DNA from: an uncultured Muribaculaceae bacterium
GTDB taxonomy: Bacteria; Bacteroidota; Bacteroidia; Bacteroidales; Muribaculaceae
Assembly (NCBI GenBank): GCA_910587545.1
Contig: CAJUMI010000001.1
Span: forward strand, 16,722-80,721
DNA: 64,000 nucleotides
Direction: 5' to 3'
The position numbers were made by a program, and so were the translations under genes. Within the stretch, counting starts at the first letter, position 1, and each line of letters opens with the position of its first letter. The notes under the pieces are model-generated. The model ran no database searches. It saw nothing but the letters and a program-made list of their open reading frames with translations, and was not told the origin of the DNA. Shown here piece by piece: positions 9,175-19,325 of the stretch.

Positions 9175-9182
9175 TAATTTTG
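9175..9182 (+). promoter_or_regulatory. -7 box TAATTTTG upstream of the bat operon
   Basis: Exact TAnnTTTG match, 73 nt before the ATG at 9255. The -33 element is weak (TTTA). Confidence 0.4.
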
Positions 9183-9254
9183 TATAAGAAAACAAGCCTG
9201 TATAGTGACAAGCTAAAACGATAAATATTAAATACTTCAATTATAACATCACTT

Positions 9255-10250
9255 ATGAGTGAATCCGTAAACATCAGAGAGCTAAACGCTCTCGTATCAA
9301 GCAAAAGCGATTTTATAAATCTGATCACCCATGGAATGGATCAGACAATCGTAGGCCAGAAACACCTCGTCGAGTCTCTGCTGATTGCCCTTCTCTCTAA
9401 CGGACATGTTCTCCTCGAAGGTGTTCCGGGACTCGCCAAGACTCTCGCGATCAAGACTCTCTCTCAGCTTATCGATGCCAAATACAGCCGTGTGCAGTTT
9501 ACGCCCGACCTTCTCCCTGCCGACGTGGTCGGCACTATGGTATACAGCGTCAAGAACGAGCAGTTTCAGGTGAAAAAAGGCCCGATCTTCGCCAATTTTG
9601 TACTTGCCGATGAAATCAACCGTGCGCCGGCAAAAGTCCAGAGCGCACTTCTCGAGGCTATGCAGGAACGTCAGGTCACTATCGGCGACAGCACATTCCC
9701 TCTCGACGAACCGTTCCTCGTGATGGCCACTCAGAACCCCATCGAGCAGGAGGGCACATATCCGCTGCCCGAAGCTCAGGTTGACCGCTTCCTTATGAAA
9801 GTTGTCATCGGCTATCCGACCAAAGACGAGGAACGTGTCATCATCCGTCAGAACATCAGCAATGAGAAACGCAAAGTCGAAGCACTTGTCAAGCCTCACG
9901 AAATAATTGAAGCCCAAAATATTGTCGAACAGATCTATGTCGACGAAAAAATCGAGCGTTATATTGTCGACATCGTTTTCGCGACACGTTACCCGTCGGA
10001 ATACGGTCTCGACGATCTCACCAGCATAATCGCTTTCGGTGCGTCGCCGCGAGCATCGATCAGCCTCGCACGTGCAGCCCGCGCATATGCGTTCCTGCAC
10101 CAGCGCGGTTTCGTGATCCCCGAAGATGTCATAGCCGTCTGCCACGATGTGCTCCGCCACCGTATCGGTGTCACCTACGAGGCTGAAGCCAATAACATCA
10201 CCGCCGACGAAATCATCACCGAGATACTCGACAAAATACAAGTGCCTTGA
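9255..10250 (+). CDS. MoxR-family AAA+ ATPase
   Basis: The 331-aa ORF has Walker A (GVPGLAKT), Walker B (FVLADEINRA) and PLPEAQVDRF. Confidence 0.92.
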   Translation: MSESVNIRELNALVSSKSDFINLITHGMDQTIVGQKHLVESLLIALLSNGHVLLEGVPGLAKTLAIKTLSQLIDAKYSRVQFTPDLLPADVVGTMVYSVKNEQFQVKKGPIFANFVLADEINRAPAKVQSALLEAMQERQVTIGDSTFPLDEPFLVMATQNPIEQEGTYPLPEAQVDRFLMKVVIGYPTKDEERVIIRQNISNEKRKVEALVKPHEIIEAQNIVEQIYVDEKIERYIVDIVFATRYPSEYGLDDLTSIIAFGASPRASISLARAARAYAFLHQRGFVIPEDVIAVCHDVLRHRIGVTYEAEANNITADEIITEILDKIQVP

Positions 10251-10258
10251 TAAACACA

Positions 10259-10283
10259 GGCCGGCTTCACTTTGAGGCCGGCC
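10259..10283 (+). other. GC-rich hairpin (GGCCGGC-N11-GCCGGCC) between moxR and the DUF58 gene
   Basis: A 7-bp stem read from the sequence, with no adjacent U-tract. It could be a processing or partial-termination element. Confidence 0.3.
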
Positions 10284-10333
10284 GACATGCACTTACCTTT
10301 TAGTTTAATTCAATTCTTCTCTCACGCGACAAT

Positions 10334-11206
10334 ATGGATTCATCTGAACTTTTAAAGAAAGTCCGTAAAATTGAAATAAAAACACGCGGGCTATCGCAAA
10401 ACATTTTTGCCGGCGAATATCACTCGGCCTTCAAAGGCCGCGGCATGATGTTTTCGGAAGTTCGCGAGTATCAGTATGGCGATGACATCCGCGATATAGA
10501 CTGGAACGTGACAGCCCGCCACAATCGTCCGTTTGTCAAGGTTTATGAAGAGGAGCGCGAGTTGACCGTAATGCTCGTGGTCGATGTCTCGGGAAGCCGT
10601 AATTTCGGGGCTGTAGGCGATGAAAAACGACAGATGATCGCTGAAATATCGGCGACGCTGGCATTCTCGGCCATTCAGAATAACGACAAGATCGGAGCAG
10701 TGTTTTTCTCGGATAAGATCGAGAAATTCATTCCGCCGAAGAAAGGCAAAAAACACATCCTGTTTATCATACGCGAATTGCTTGATTTTAAGCCGACAAA
10801 CAACGGCACAGACATCGCGCTTGCCTTGCGTTATCTGACCGATGCTCTGAAAAAACGCTGCACAATGTTTCTTATTTCCGATTTCATTGACGACAGTGAT
10901 TACGGCAAGCCGATGACTATCGCCGGCAACAAACACGATCTTATGGCTTTGCAGGTCTATGACAAGCGCGATTCGCATCTGCCTGACATTGGACTGATGC
11001 GAGTCAATGACCTCGAGACAGGCTTGACGCGATGGATAGACACTTCGTCGGCCAAAGTCCGAAAGGCTTATGACAAATGGTGGTACGACCGCCAGCAGGC
11101 CATGTCGTCGACTTTACGCAGCAGCCGCGTCGACTATGCGACAGTCGCCACTGACGAAGACTATGTTGTCGCGCTTATGGCTCTTTTCAAAAACCGCGGA
11201 CGATAG
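10334..11206 (+). CDS. DUF58-family protein (VWA-like partner of MoxR)
   Basis: The 290-aa ORF contains GEYHSAFKGRGMMFSEVREYQYGDDIRDIDW and MLVVDVSGS. Confidence 0.85.
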   Translation: MDSSELLKKVRKIEIKTRGLSQNIFAGEYHSAFKGRGMMFSEVREYQYGDDIRDIDWNVTARHNRPFVKVYEEERELTVMLVVDVSGSRNFGAVGDEKRQMIAEISATLAFSAIQNNDKIGAVFFSDKIEKFIPPKKGKKHILFIIRELLDFKPTNNGTDIALALRYLTDALKKRCTMFLISDFIDDSDYGKPMTIAGNKHDLMALQVYDKRDSHLPDIGLMRVNDLETGLTRWIDTSSAKVRKAYDKWWYDRQQAMSSTLRSSRVDYATVATDEDYVVALMALFKNRGR

Positions 11207-11248
11207 TCACCCTCTCAATTATAAATTCAGCAAGTTTCAGCAATATTC

Positions 11249-12247
11249 ATGAATGTGTCTTTGAAAAAAATACAGATCCTGGCCTCAGCCGTGCTGCTTA
11301 CGTTGTCGCTGCCGGTGGCAGTCAACGCAGCCAATGGAGTATCGCTCAAGGCGTCGATTGATTCGACGACCGTAGTGCAGGGATCTAAAGCGGGTTTACG
11401 CCTTGAAATACTGAAAAACGGCACTGACGGTCTGATGATTGACGCACCTGAAATCGGTGCCGATTATTATGGCGTCGAGATTTCGGATCTAAAAGTCGAC
11501 ACTGTCGATCACGGCAATGGCCGGATTGAACTTGACTACAACTATACAATCCAGGCCTTCGACCCGGGCACGATAACACTGCCCCCTTTCAGATATGCAA
11601 TCGGAAGTGACACCTTCAACACTGAGACAGTCACTCTTAAAGTGCTCGAAGTCGATCTTGACACATTGACTGACATTAACCCGATGGAAAGTGTCGTCAG
11701 TGTCCCCACCCGATGGTATGACATCATACCCGACTGGTGGGTATGGATATTTGCAGGAATTGCAGCAGTCGGTGTCATCGCATGCGGCATACTTCTGTTC
11801 AGACGCAAGAAAGGTCTTGTATCCCGTCCTGAAAAAATCACGCCGCCCTACGATCTTGCCGTCATGCGTCTCAATAACCTTCAGGCCAAGAAACTTCCGC
11901 AGAGCGGACGCGACAAAGAGTATTATACCGAGCTCACCGATATACTCCGCCAATACCTCGACGGACGTTTCGGCATCAACGCCATGGAGATGTCGAGTAC
12001 ACAGATCATCGACACACTGCGTCATAACAAGGAAACACGTCCAGGCTCCGATCTCATGAAACAGATACTCGAAATAGCCGACTTTGTCAAATTTGCAAAA
12101 GTGCGCCCCTTGCCCGACGACAATATCAAGGCATTTAACTCGGCTGTCAAATTTGTCGAGGACTCGAAACCCCTGCCGCCCGTCGTACCTGAAGAAGACG
12201 GCTCCCAACCGGCAAAGGAAGGCTCTAATGATCCAAAATTAAAGTAA
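11249..12247 (+). CDS. bat-operon membrane protein (BatD-like N-terminal domain plus DUF4381-like C-terminal region)
   Basis: The 332-aa ORF has a signal peptide and a central TM helix (WWVWIFAGIAAVGVIACGILLF). It sits between the DUF58 gene and batA, as in Bacteroides bat loci. Confidence 0.6.
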   Translation: MNVSLKKIQILASAVLLTLSLPVAVNAANGVSLKASIDSTTVVQGSKAGLRLEILKNGTDGLMIDAPEIGADYYGVEISDLKVDTVDHGNGRIELDYNYTIQAFDPGTITLPPFRYAIGSDTFNTETVTLKVLEVDLDTLTDINPMESVVSVPTRWYDIIPDWWVWIFAGIAAVGVIACGILLFRRKKGLVSRPEKITPPYDLAVMRLNNLQAKKLPQSGRDKEYYTELTDILRQYLDGRFGINAMEMSSTQIIDTLRHNKETRPGSDLMKQILEIADFVKFAKVRPLPDDNIKAFNSAVKFVEDSKPLPPVVPEEDGSQPAKEGSNDPKLK

Positions 12248-12251
12248 AACC

Positions 12252-13238
12252 ATGCAGTTGTCTCAACCTCAATATTTATGGCTTTTCTTGATTTATATAC
12301 CGCTTATTGCGTGGTATATACTCAAGCACCGCAACTCTCACGCGTCCATAGCCCTTTCATCGACCAAAGCATTCGATAAGATAGGCCGCACGTGGAAGGT
12401 ATATCTCCGCCACGGCCTATTTCTGCTCCGACTTGCCGCAATCGGATGTCTGATTATCGTCCTCGCCAGGCCTCAACTCAAAGACAGCTGGCACACAAGC
12501 TCGACCGAAGGCACCGACATCGTCATCGCTCTTGACGTCTCGACAAGTATGCTTGCCCGCGATTTTCAACCTGATCGACTTGAAGCCGCCAAACGTGTCG
12601 CCGCCAAATTCATAAACGGCCGCGAGTCCGATAACATCGGTCTCGTAGTATTTGCCGGCGAGAGCCTTACAGGTGTGCCTATGACAGTCGACCGCAGCCA
12701 GTTGCTCAGCTACATAAACGGTGTCAGCACTGACATGATCGAGGACGGCACAGCCATTGGCGACGGTATCGCCACTTCACTCAACCGCCTAAAAGAAGGC
12801 AAGGCCAAAAGCAAGAGTATCATACTTCTCACTGACGGCTCAAACAACACAGGCGTTGCCACGCCCCAGATGGCAGCCGAAGTCGCCAAGGAAATGGGTG
12901 TCAAGATCTACGCTGTCGGCATCGGTACAAACGGCATGGCTGATTTCCCGCGTCCCGACATGCTGGGACGCATCGAGTATGTCAAACTCCCGGTTGTGAT
13001 CGACGAGGCTACATTGCAGAACATCGCGCAGAGCACTGGAGGAAAATATTTCCGTGCCACCGACAACCGAGTCCTCGAGGACGTGTTCCATGAAATCGAC
13101 GCTCTCGAAAAAACGCAGATGGACGTACGTCATTTCTCGCATACAGAGGACAATTACATGCTGTGGGCATGGCTGGCATTAGGCTTTTTTGCCCTCGAGA
13201 TGTTCCTGCGCTACACCGTTCTGCGATCTATTCCATAA
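12252..13238 (+). CDS. batA: VWA-domain membrane protein BatA
   Basis: The 328-aa ORF has N- and C-terminal TM helices and the MIDAS motif IALDVSTSM. Confidence 0.85.
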   Translation: MQLSQPQYLWLFLIYIPLIAWYILKHRNSHASIALSSTKAFDKIGRTWKVYLRHGLFLLRLAAIGCLIIVLARPQLKDSWHTSSTEGTDIVIALDVSTSMLARDFQPDRLEAAKRVAAKFINGRESDNIGLVVFAGESLTGVPMTVDRSQLLSYINGVSTDMIEDGTAIGDGIATSLNRLKEGKAKSKSIILLTDGSNNTGVATPQMAAEVAKEMGVKIYAVGIGTNGMADFPRPDMLGRIEYVKLPVVIDEATLQNIAQSTGGKYFRATDNRVLEDVFHEIDALEKTQMDVRHFSHTEDNYMLWAWLALGFFALEMFLRYTVLRSIP

Positions 13239-13270
13239 TATTAACCGAATGAATATAAGCATCTGATAAT

Positions 13271-14311
13271 ATGTTTGATTTCGCTTACCCACTCCATCTC
13301 TACCTGCTCGGCCTTGTCGTGCTGTTCGCTCTGCTCTACATGTGGGCGAGAGCATCCCGGCTGCGCAAGATCAAGCGTTTCGGCCGCCCCGACATTGTGG
13401 CGAGACTGATGCCTGACGCTTCGCGTTATCAGCCGAGGATCAAGATCGTTCTTGAACTGTTGGCGCTTATCGCGTTGGTCATTGTAATTGCCCGTCCCCG
13501 TGCCGGACAGAAAGAACAGGAGACAAGCGTCAAAGGCATCGAGATCATGATCGCATTCGACATCTCAAACTCTATGCTGGCGTCTTCGACCGACGACCCT
13601 GACGGCATATCACGTCTCGACCGTGCGCGTCTCAATCTCGAGCGTCTTGTCGACAAACTTGAGAATGATAAGGTCGGTATGGTCATATTCGCAGGCGAGC
13701 CTAAACTCCAACTGCCTCTCACCACAGACTATATCTCTGCGAAAATGTATCTCAATGATCTCTCGCCCGAGTTGATCTCCTATCAGGGAACATCGCTTGC
13801 CGAAGCCATAAAAATGTCGGCCGAAAGTTTTTCGCCGTCAACTGATGTCCATAAGGCAATCATCCTCATTACAGACGCCGAAGACCACGAAGGTGCGGCT
13901 GTCGAAGCCGCCAAGGCTGCCTCAGATGCCGGCATACAGGTCGACGTGATCGGTCTCGGATCAGCGAAAGGCGCTCCAATACCGGTGTCTGGCACTTCCG
14001 GCGATTTCATGCGTGACGGAGAGGGAAAAGTGGTGCTGACAACCATCAACGAACAACTAGGCAAAGCGATCGCAGAGGCCGGCGACGGCATCTATGTCAA
14101 CGGTGCGTCAGGCAATGCCATTTCCCAGCTCACCGACAAACTCGACCAACTTGAGAAATCGGAGTTCAAGCGTGTGAACTACAAGGCGAGCGCGGAACAG
14201 TTCCCGACATTCGCATGGATCGCACTGATACTCCTTCTCATAGATATATTCGTGCTCGACCGCAAGATCGGCTGGCTCAAAAACATCAATTTCTTTACCA
14301 AAACAAAGTGA
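13271..14311 (+). CDS. batB: VWA-domain membrane protein BatB
   Basis: The 346-aa ORF has the MIDAS motif IAFDISNSM and flanking TM helices. Confidence 0.85.
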   Translation: MFDFAYPLHLYLLGLVVLFALLYMWARASRLRKIKRFGRPDIVARLMPDASRYQPRIKIVLELLALIALVIVIARPRAGQKEQETSVKGIEIMIAFDISNSMLASSTDDPDGISRLDRARLNLERLVDKLENDKVGMVIFAGEPKLQLPLTTDYISAKMYLNDLSPELISYQGTSLAEAIKMSAESFSPSTDVHKAIILITDAEDHEGAAVEAAKAASDAGIQVDVIGLGSAKGAPIPVSGTSGDFMRDGEGKVVLTTINEQLGKAIAEAGDGIYVNGASGNAISQLTDKLDQLEKSEFKRVNYKASAEQFPTFAWIALILLLIDIFVLDRKIGWLKNINFFTKTK

Positions 14312-14318
14312 TTGTGTC

Positions 14319-15071
<753 letters not shown>

Positions 15072-15072
15072 A

Positions 15073-16890
15073 ATGAGTACACGCAGACTACGTTTAGCTA
15101 TCTTCATACTGGCAGTCATCACTTCCGTTACCGCCTTCTGCCAGACATCTTTCAAAGTCATTTCACCCGACAATGTAATAGCCGGCCGCAATTTCTCTCT
15201 GACATTCAGGCTCTCAAACGGCCAGTCCAACGCGCCCAGACCTCCGGAACTTCAAGGTTGCGATCTGCTCTACGGCCCGTCGGTCTCGACCATGTCAAGC
15301 AGCCAGTATATCAACGGACAGATGTCATCATCGACGTCCGTTGACTACACATATATGTATAGAGCGACAACACCCGGCAAAGTGACAGTTCCCGAAGTAA
15401 CAGTCAACTCAGGCGGCAAGAACTATACCTCTCACTCCGTCACATTCGAAATTCTTTCTCCTGACAAACCCCAGCAACAGCAAGGCCAGTCCCAGCAGAC
15501 CTCGCCCCAGGTGAGTGCAGTCGATCCCTCGACCCATCGTCCCGGACAAGTGTCACCCAACGATCTTTTTGTGCGAGTGTCATTTTCCAAGGCCCACGCG
15601 CTCGAGCAGGAAGCGGTTATGGCTACAATCAAAGTCTACACCAAATACTCTATCACGAGCTTCCTTGTCACTCAGCAGCCACTTTTCGACGGCTTCCTTT
15701 CAGAAGAACTGCCGGTAGATCTCGAGGTCAATCTTGAGAACTATAACGGACAGAATTATAACACCGCAGTGCTCAAACGACTGTTGCTCTACCCTCAGAA
15801 GTCCGGAAAACTGACTGTCAACTCAGGCAAGTATGACATCACCATCCAACAATTTGAGCTTGTCAACATGGGCTTCTTCACCACTCAGCGCCCGATCGAG
15901 AGTCAGGTGACGACAGAATCCAACATGGCGACAATCGACGTCACCCCCCTGCCCGAGCCCAAGCCGGCAGGCTTTGACGGAGCGGTCGGCCGCTTCACCG
16001 TGTCGACCGATCTCCAGCCCGAACTTCTGCGCACAAATGAAGCGGCTGTCTACACCTACACCATAAAGGGAACAGGCAATATCCGTTATCTCAAACAACC
16101 CGACATAAAATTTCCGGCAAGCATAGACCGTTACACTCCCAAAACCGACATTGATGCTAAAATAGTCGGAGCAAATACAACCGGCACATATAAGGTTGAC
16201 TATACAATCGTGCCTCAGGAAGCAGGCAAACTTGAGATCCCCGGTACGCCATTCGTCTACTACGATATCGACAGAAAAGAATATGTGACTCTCGAAACAC
16301 GCTCATACGATCTCAACGTAGCAAAAGGTTCGTCGACGTCATCTGTCGTCGAACAACGTGAGATTGACAAGAGCATGAATGACATACTCCACATCAAACC
16401 CTCGACCGACAAACGACATAAAGAGATAAGTTATATTTTCCATAACGGTTTCTATTGGCTTACATTTGTCCTTGCCATAGCGATACTCGTCGGCATAGCG
16501 GTCATATACCGCCGTCAGCTCAAATTCAACGCTGATGTCAAGGGCCGTAAACATGCCCGCGCCAACCGCGTCGTATCGAAACGGCTGAAAACGGCCCGAT
16601 CGTTTATGAACGCCCACGAGAACGACAAATTCTATGCCGAACTCGCCAAAGCAATGTGGGGATACATCAGCGACAAACTCAGCATCGCTCCTTCACAGCT
16701 CCTGCGCGACAATATCGCTTCCCAGCTTGAAAATTACGGTGCGTCGGCTCAGACAACCGAAGAATTACTCTCCGTGCTCGATGAATGCGAGATGGCCCGC
16801 TTTACGCCTCATCACTCCGATCAGGAAGTCGCAAAACTCTACGACGAGGCCGTGGCCGCAATCAAGAACCTCGAAGATGTCAAAAAATAA
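15073..16890 (+). CDS. batD: BatD (oxygen-tolerance) protein
   Basis: The 605-aa ORF has a signal peptide and a late TM helix (FYWLTFVLAIAILVGIAVIY). It starts 1 nt after batC. Confidence 0.8.
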   Translation: MSTRRLRLAIFILAVITSVTAFCQTSFKVISPDNVIAGRNFSLTFRLSNGQSNAPRPPELQGCDLLYGPSVSTMSSSQYINGQMSSSTSVDYTYMYRATTPGKVTVPEVTVNSGGKNYTSHSVTFEILSPDKPQQQQGQSQQTSPQVSAVDPSTHRPGQVSPNDLFVRVSFSKAHALEQEAVMATIKVYTKYSITSFLVTQQPLFDGFLSEELPVDLEVNLENYNGQNYNTAVLKRLLLYPQKSGKLTVNSGKYDITIQQFELVNMGFFTTQRPIESQVTTESNMATIDVTPLPEPKPAGFDGAVGRFTVSTDLQPELLRTNEAAVYTYTIKGTGNIRYLKQPDIKFPASIDRYTPKTDIDAKIVGANTTGTYKVDYTIVPQEAGKLEIPGTPFVYYDIDRKEYVTLETRSYDLNVAKGSSTSSVVEQREIDKSMNDILHIKPSTDKRHKEISYIFHNGFYWLTFVLAIAILVGIAVIYRRQLKFNADVKGRKHARANRVVSKRLKTARSFMNAHENDKFYAELAKAMWGYISDKLSIAPSQLLRDNIASQLENYGASAQTTEELLSVLDECEMARFTPHHSDQEVAKLYDEAVAAIKNLEDVKK

Positions 16891-16903
16891 AAAATCAACT
16901 GTC

Positions 16904-17677
16904 ATGAAATATATATTTGCTTTCTGTCTAACGTTGATCAGCTTGTCGGCCTCGGCGACGTCACTCGCTCTCCGAGCCGACTCGGCATACAATCGAGAAG
17001 ACTACGCTGACGCGATACGTCTTTACAATGAAGCGATAGCCGGCGAAGGGGTGTCGTCCAACCTGTATTATAATCTCGGCAATGCATACTATCGTGACAA
17101 TCGTCTCGGCAAAGCCATTCTGAGCTATGAGCGCGCACTCGCGCTCGATCCGTCAAACGAAGAGGCAGCGACAAATCTCGAATTTGTGAGAACACGCATC
17201 GAGGACGTTCCTGAAGACGACAGCAGTTTTCTGAGCAATGTCCACGGCAACATAGTATCCAACATGTCACCTGACGCCTGGGCATGGACGGCACTTGTCC
17301 TTTTCATCATTGTCCTCGGAACTGTGGCGCTCTACATATTCTCTTCAAATGTCACTCTGCGCAAGGTCGGCTTCTTCGGCGGTATTATTGTGCTCGTGTT
17401 CTTTGTCTACTCGCTCGTCATCGCCTATCAGACCGCCAACGCCTTCGGCAAGCATGACAAGGCAGTGGTCATCGTGCCGACCACCAATCTGAGCTCTGCT
17501 CCACGATCGACGCACAGCGAGAAAGAGAAGATCGTCCCCATCCACGAGGGCACTAAAATCGAGATCATCGATTCTCTTTCGACTCCCGATGACCCCAATG
17601 TCGGCAAGTGGTATGATGTGAAGATCAACAACACAACACGCGCATGGCTCGACGCACAGACTGTCGAACATATCTGA
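16904..17677 (+). CDS. batE: BatE: TPR repeats, TM helices and a C-terminal SH3b-like domain
   Basis: I chose the ATG at 16904 (MKYIFAFCLTLISLSASA signal peptide) over the longer track ORF at 16634, which overlaps batD. An alternative ATG lies at 16877. TPR: YYNLGNAYYRDNRLGKAILSYERALALDP. SH3-like tail: GKWYDVKINNTTRAWL. Confidence 0.75.
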   Translation: MKYIFAFCLTLISLSASATSLALRADSAYNREDYADAIRLYNEAIAGEGVSSNLYYNLGNAYYRDNRLGKAILSYERALALDPSNEEAATNLEFVRTRIEDVPEDDSSFLSNVHGNIVSNMSPDAWAWTALVLFIIVLGTVALYIFSSNVTLRKVGFFGGIIVLVFFVYSLVIAYQTANAFGKHDKAVVIVPTTNLSSAPRSTHSEKEKIVPIHEGTKIEIIDSLSTPDDPNVGKWYDVKINNTTRAWLDAQTVEHI

Positions 17678-17853
17678 CTTTCAGCCCACAAAGCGTTTCG
17701 ACATCGGATCTTAGACATAAATATGTTAAAGAACATATGCTGTCAAACAACTTTTTTGTATATTTTTTTTGTTAATATCGAAAAGATAGTCTAACTTAGA
17801 GCTAAATTCTAAAATCATTTTACTGATCGTTTAATCTTTAAATTATAAGCATC

Positions 17854-18114
17854 ATGAGTAAAACAATCACTTTCAACGAGCTTCGCCGTCTCAAAGACAG
17901 CTTGCCCGACGGTTCGATGCACCAGATTGCAGACAAACTCAACACCACAGTCCAGACAGTTCGTAATTACTTTGGTGGCAGCAACTACGATTTCGGCAAA
18001 AATTGTGGTGTGCACATCGAACCGGGTCCCGACGGTGGAATTGTAGTCCTCGACGACGCTACGATATACGACATGGCTGTCGAAATCCTCAAAGAGCAGG
18101 ATAAAGAAGCCTGA
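17854..18114 (+). CDS. small helix-turn-helix-like protein, function unknown
   Basis: The 86-aa ORF contains a plausible HTH (MHQIADKLNTTVQTVRNYFGG). Confidence 0.5.
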   Translation: MSKTITFNELRRLKDSLPDGSMHQIADKLNTTVQTVRNYFGGSNYDFGKNCGVHIEPGPDGGIVVLDDATIYDMAVEILKEQDKEA

Positions 18115-18171
18115 CAGGCGTCAACCAATTACATTTCTCATTCCTCCTCTCTCCCTTTTAAACACTCAGAC

Positions 18172-19311
18172 ATGAATCCGGAGTCCGCGACACGACTGAT
18201 CACAGTTGCCATACACACCTACGACAAGGCGGTGGCCTTACGCTCTCTTCTCGAAAGCGAGGGGATAAAGGTCACCCTGCAGAATGTCAATCTTGAGCAT
18301 CCTACGGTCTCATCAGGCATCCGTGTCAGAATACTGGAAAGCGATCTGCCCCTTGCTCTGCGCATAATCGAAAACCATGAAATTTTCGTCTCTCCCGAAA
18401 ACCTGACCGACAAATCCGACACCCATTACATCTTAGTTCCGGTCGATTTCAGCGAATTTTCATCAACCATAATTAAAGTCGCGGCCGCATTCGCGTCGGT
18501 CCACAAAGCCTCCCTCATCCTTCTCCACTCATTTATCGATCCGTATATCAGCGGTGAAGGTCTTCAACTTACGGATTCGCTGACTTATGACATAATCGAT
18601 GCCGATGCTCGCCATCAGATCTCAGATTCAGCCAAGAAGTCAATGGATGAATTCGCACGCTGCATACGCGAGAAGATGAAATCCGGAGAGATCCAGGCCG
18701 TCAAGTTCAAGACGGAAGTTATCGAGGGCGTGCCTGAGGACACGATCGGAGCATATGCCAAGGCCCATCCGCCGCTAATGACCATCATGGGTACACGCGG
18801 GGCTGATCAGAAAGGAAAAGATATGATCGGCAGTGTGGCCGCCGAGGTACTTGATTCGGCAAGGCATCCTGTTCTCTCCATACCGCAGCCCGCACCACTC
18901 GGGATACACCCGTCAGGCAAAAACATTCTATTTTTCTGCAGCGCCGATCAAGATGATATTCTCGCGATGGACACACTGTTACGTCTATTCCCCGAGACCA
19001 AGGCGTCAGTCACTCTTGTTGTCGTGCCATCGCGGCGCCGTTGGCTATCCAAAGAACGTCCCCAGTCAGCGATAGAAGCGCTTACAGATTATTTCCGTAA
19101 GAATTACGGTAGATTCGAATTCAACATTGTACAGACTGACACCAACCATGCCGTCTATGATGTAACCCAGCTGGAGAGCCTGCACCGCTACGATCTGATT
19201 GTTGTGCCAAATAAAAAGAAACTCAATGTATTGGGCCGCATCTTCCATCCGAGTCTTGCACACCGACTCATATTCAGCGCAGATATTCCGATGCTTATGC
19301 TGCCGGTGTGA
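18172..19311 (+). CDS. universal stress protein family (tandem USP domains) with an N-terminal DUF2007-like domain
   Basis: The 379-aa ORF has two UspA-like halves (ILVPVDFSEFS..., GTRGADQKGKDMIGSVAAEVLDSARHPVLSIP). Confidence 0.7.
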   Translation: MNPESATRLITVAIHTYDKAVALRSLLESEGIKVTLQNVNLEHPTVSSGIRVRILESDLPLALRIIENHEIFVSPENLTDKSDTHYILVPVDFSEFSSTIIKVAAAFASVHKASLILLHSFIDPYISGEGLQLTDSLTYDIIDADARHQISDSAKKSMDEFARCIREKMKSGEIQAVKFKTEVIEGVPEDTIGAYAKAHPPLMTIMGTRGADQKGKDMIGSVAAEVLDSARHPVLSIPQPAPLGIHPSGKNILFFCSADQDDILAMDTLLRLFPETKASVTLVVVPSRRRWLSKERPQSAIEALTDYFRKNYGRFEFNIVQTDTNHAVYDVTQLESLHRYDLIVVPNKKKLNVLGRIFHPSLAHRLIFSADIPMLMLPV

Positions 19312-19325
19312 CTGTAGAACAGTCT

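Noticed and set aside
9297-10292. A 331-aa antisense ORF spans the whole of moxR, the same length as moxR itself.
   Set aside because: Its codons lie in exact register with the moxR codons, so antisense stops can only arise from sense TTA, CTA or TCA. Reading moxR codon by codon, I found one CTA (codon 10) and one TCA (codon 15) and none afterwards, since Leu is CTC/CTT/CTG and Ser is AGC/TCT/TCG. The long ORF is therefore a by-product of codon bias. Its translation is low-complexity, with no recognisable motifs.
16634-16903. Several track ORFs have long 5' extensions: 16634 (batE), 21176..23314 (uvrB), 25844 (dCMP deaminase), 30319 (PAP2), 32460 (eptA-like), 40261..41451 (rluD), 41348..42049 (PASTA), 46635 (tsaC), 51908 (PstS-like) and 53014 (TPR).
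   Set aside because: The extensions overlap the preceding gene or start at non-ATG codons (TTG at 32460, 42049 and 46635). They also encode non-conserved, low-complexity sequence ahead of an internal ATG that gives a normal signal peptide or a conserved N-terminus. I used the internal starts.
17715-17738. A dif-like half-site ATATGTTAAAG matches the E. coli XerD arm TTATGTTAAAT at 9 of 11 positions and lies inside a 7-bp inverted repeat ATATGTT-AAAG-AACATAT downstream of the bat operon.
   Set aside because: There is no recognisable XerC arm separated by a 6-bp spacer, because CATAA abuts the half-site directly. The inverted-repeat arms are only 7 bp of AT-rich sequence. This is not enough for a dif call or a terminator call.
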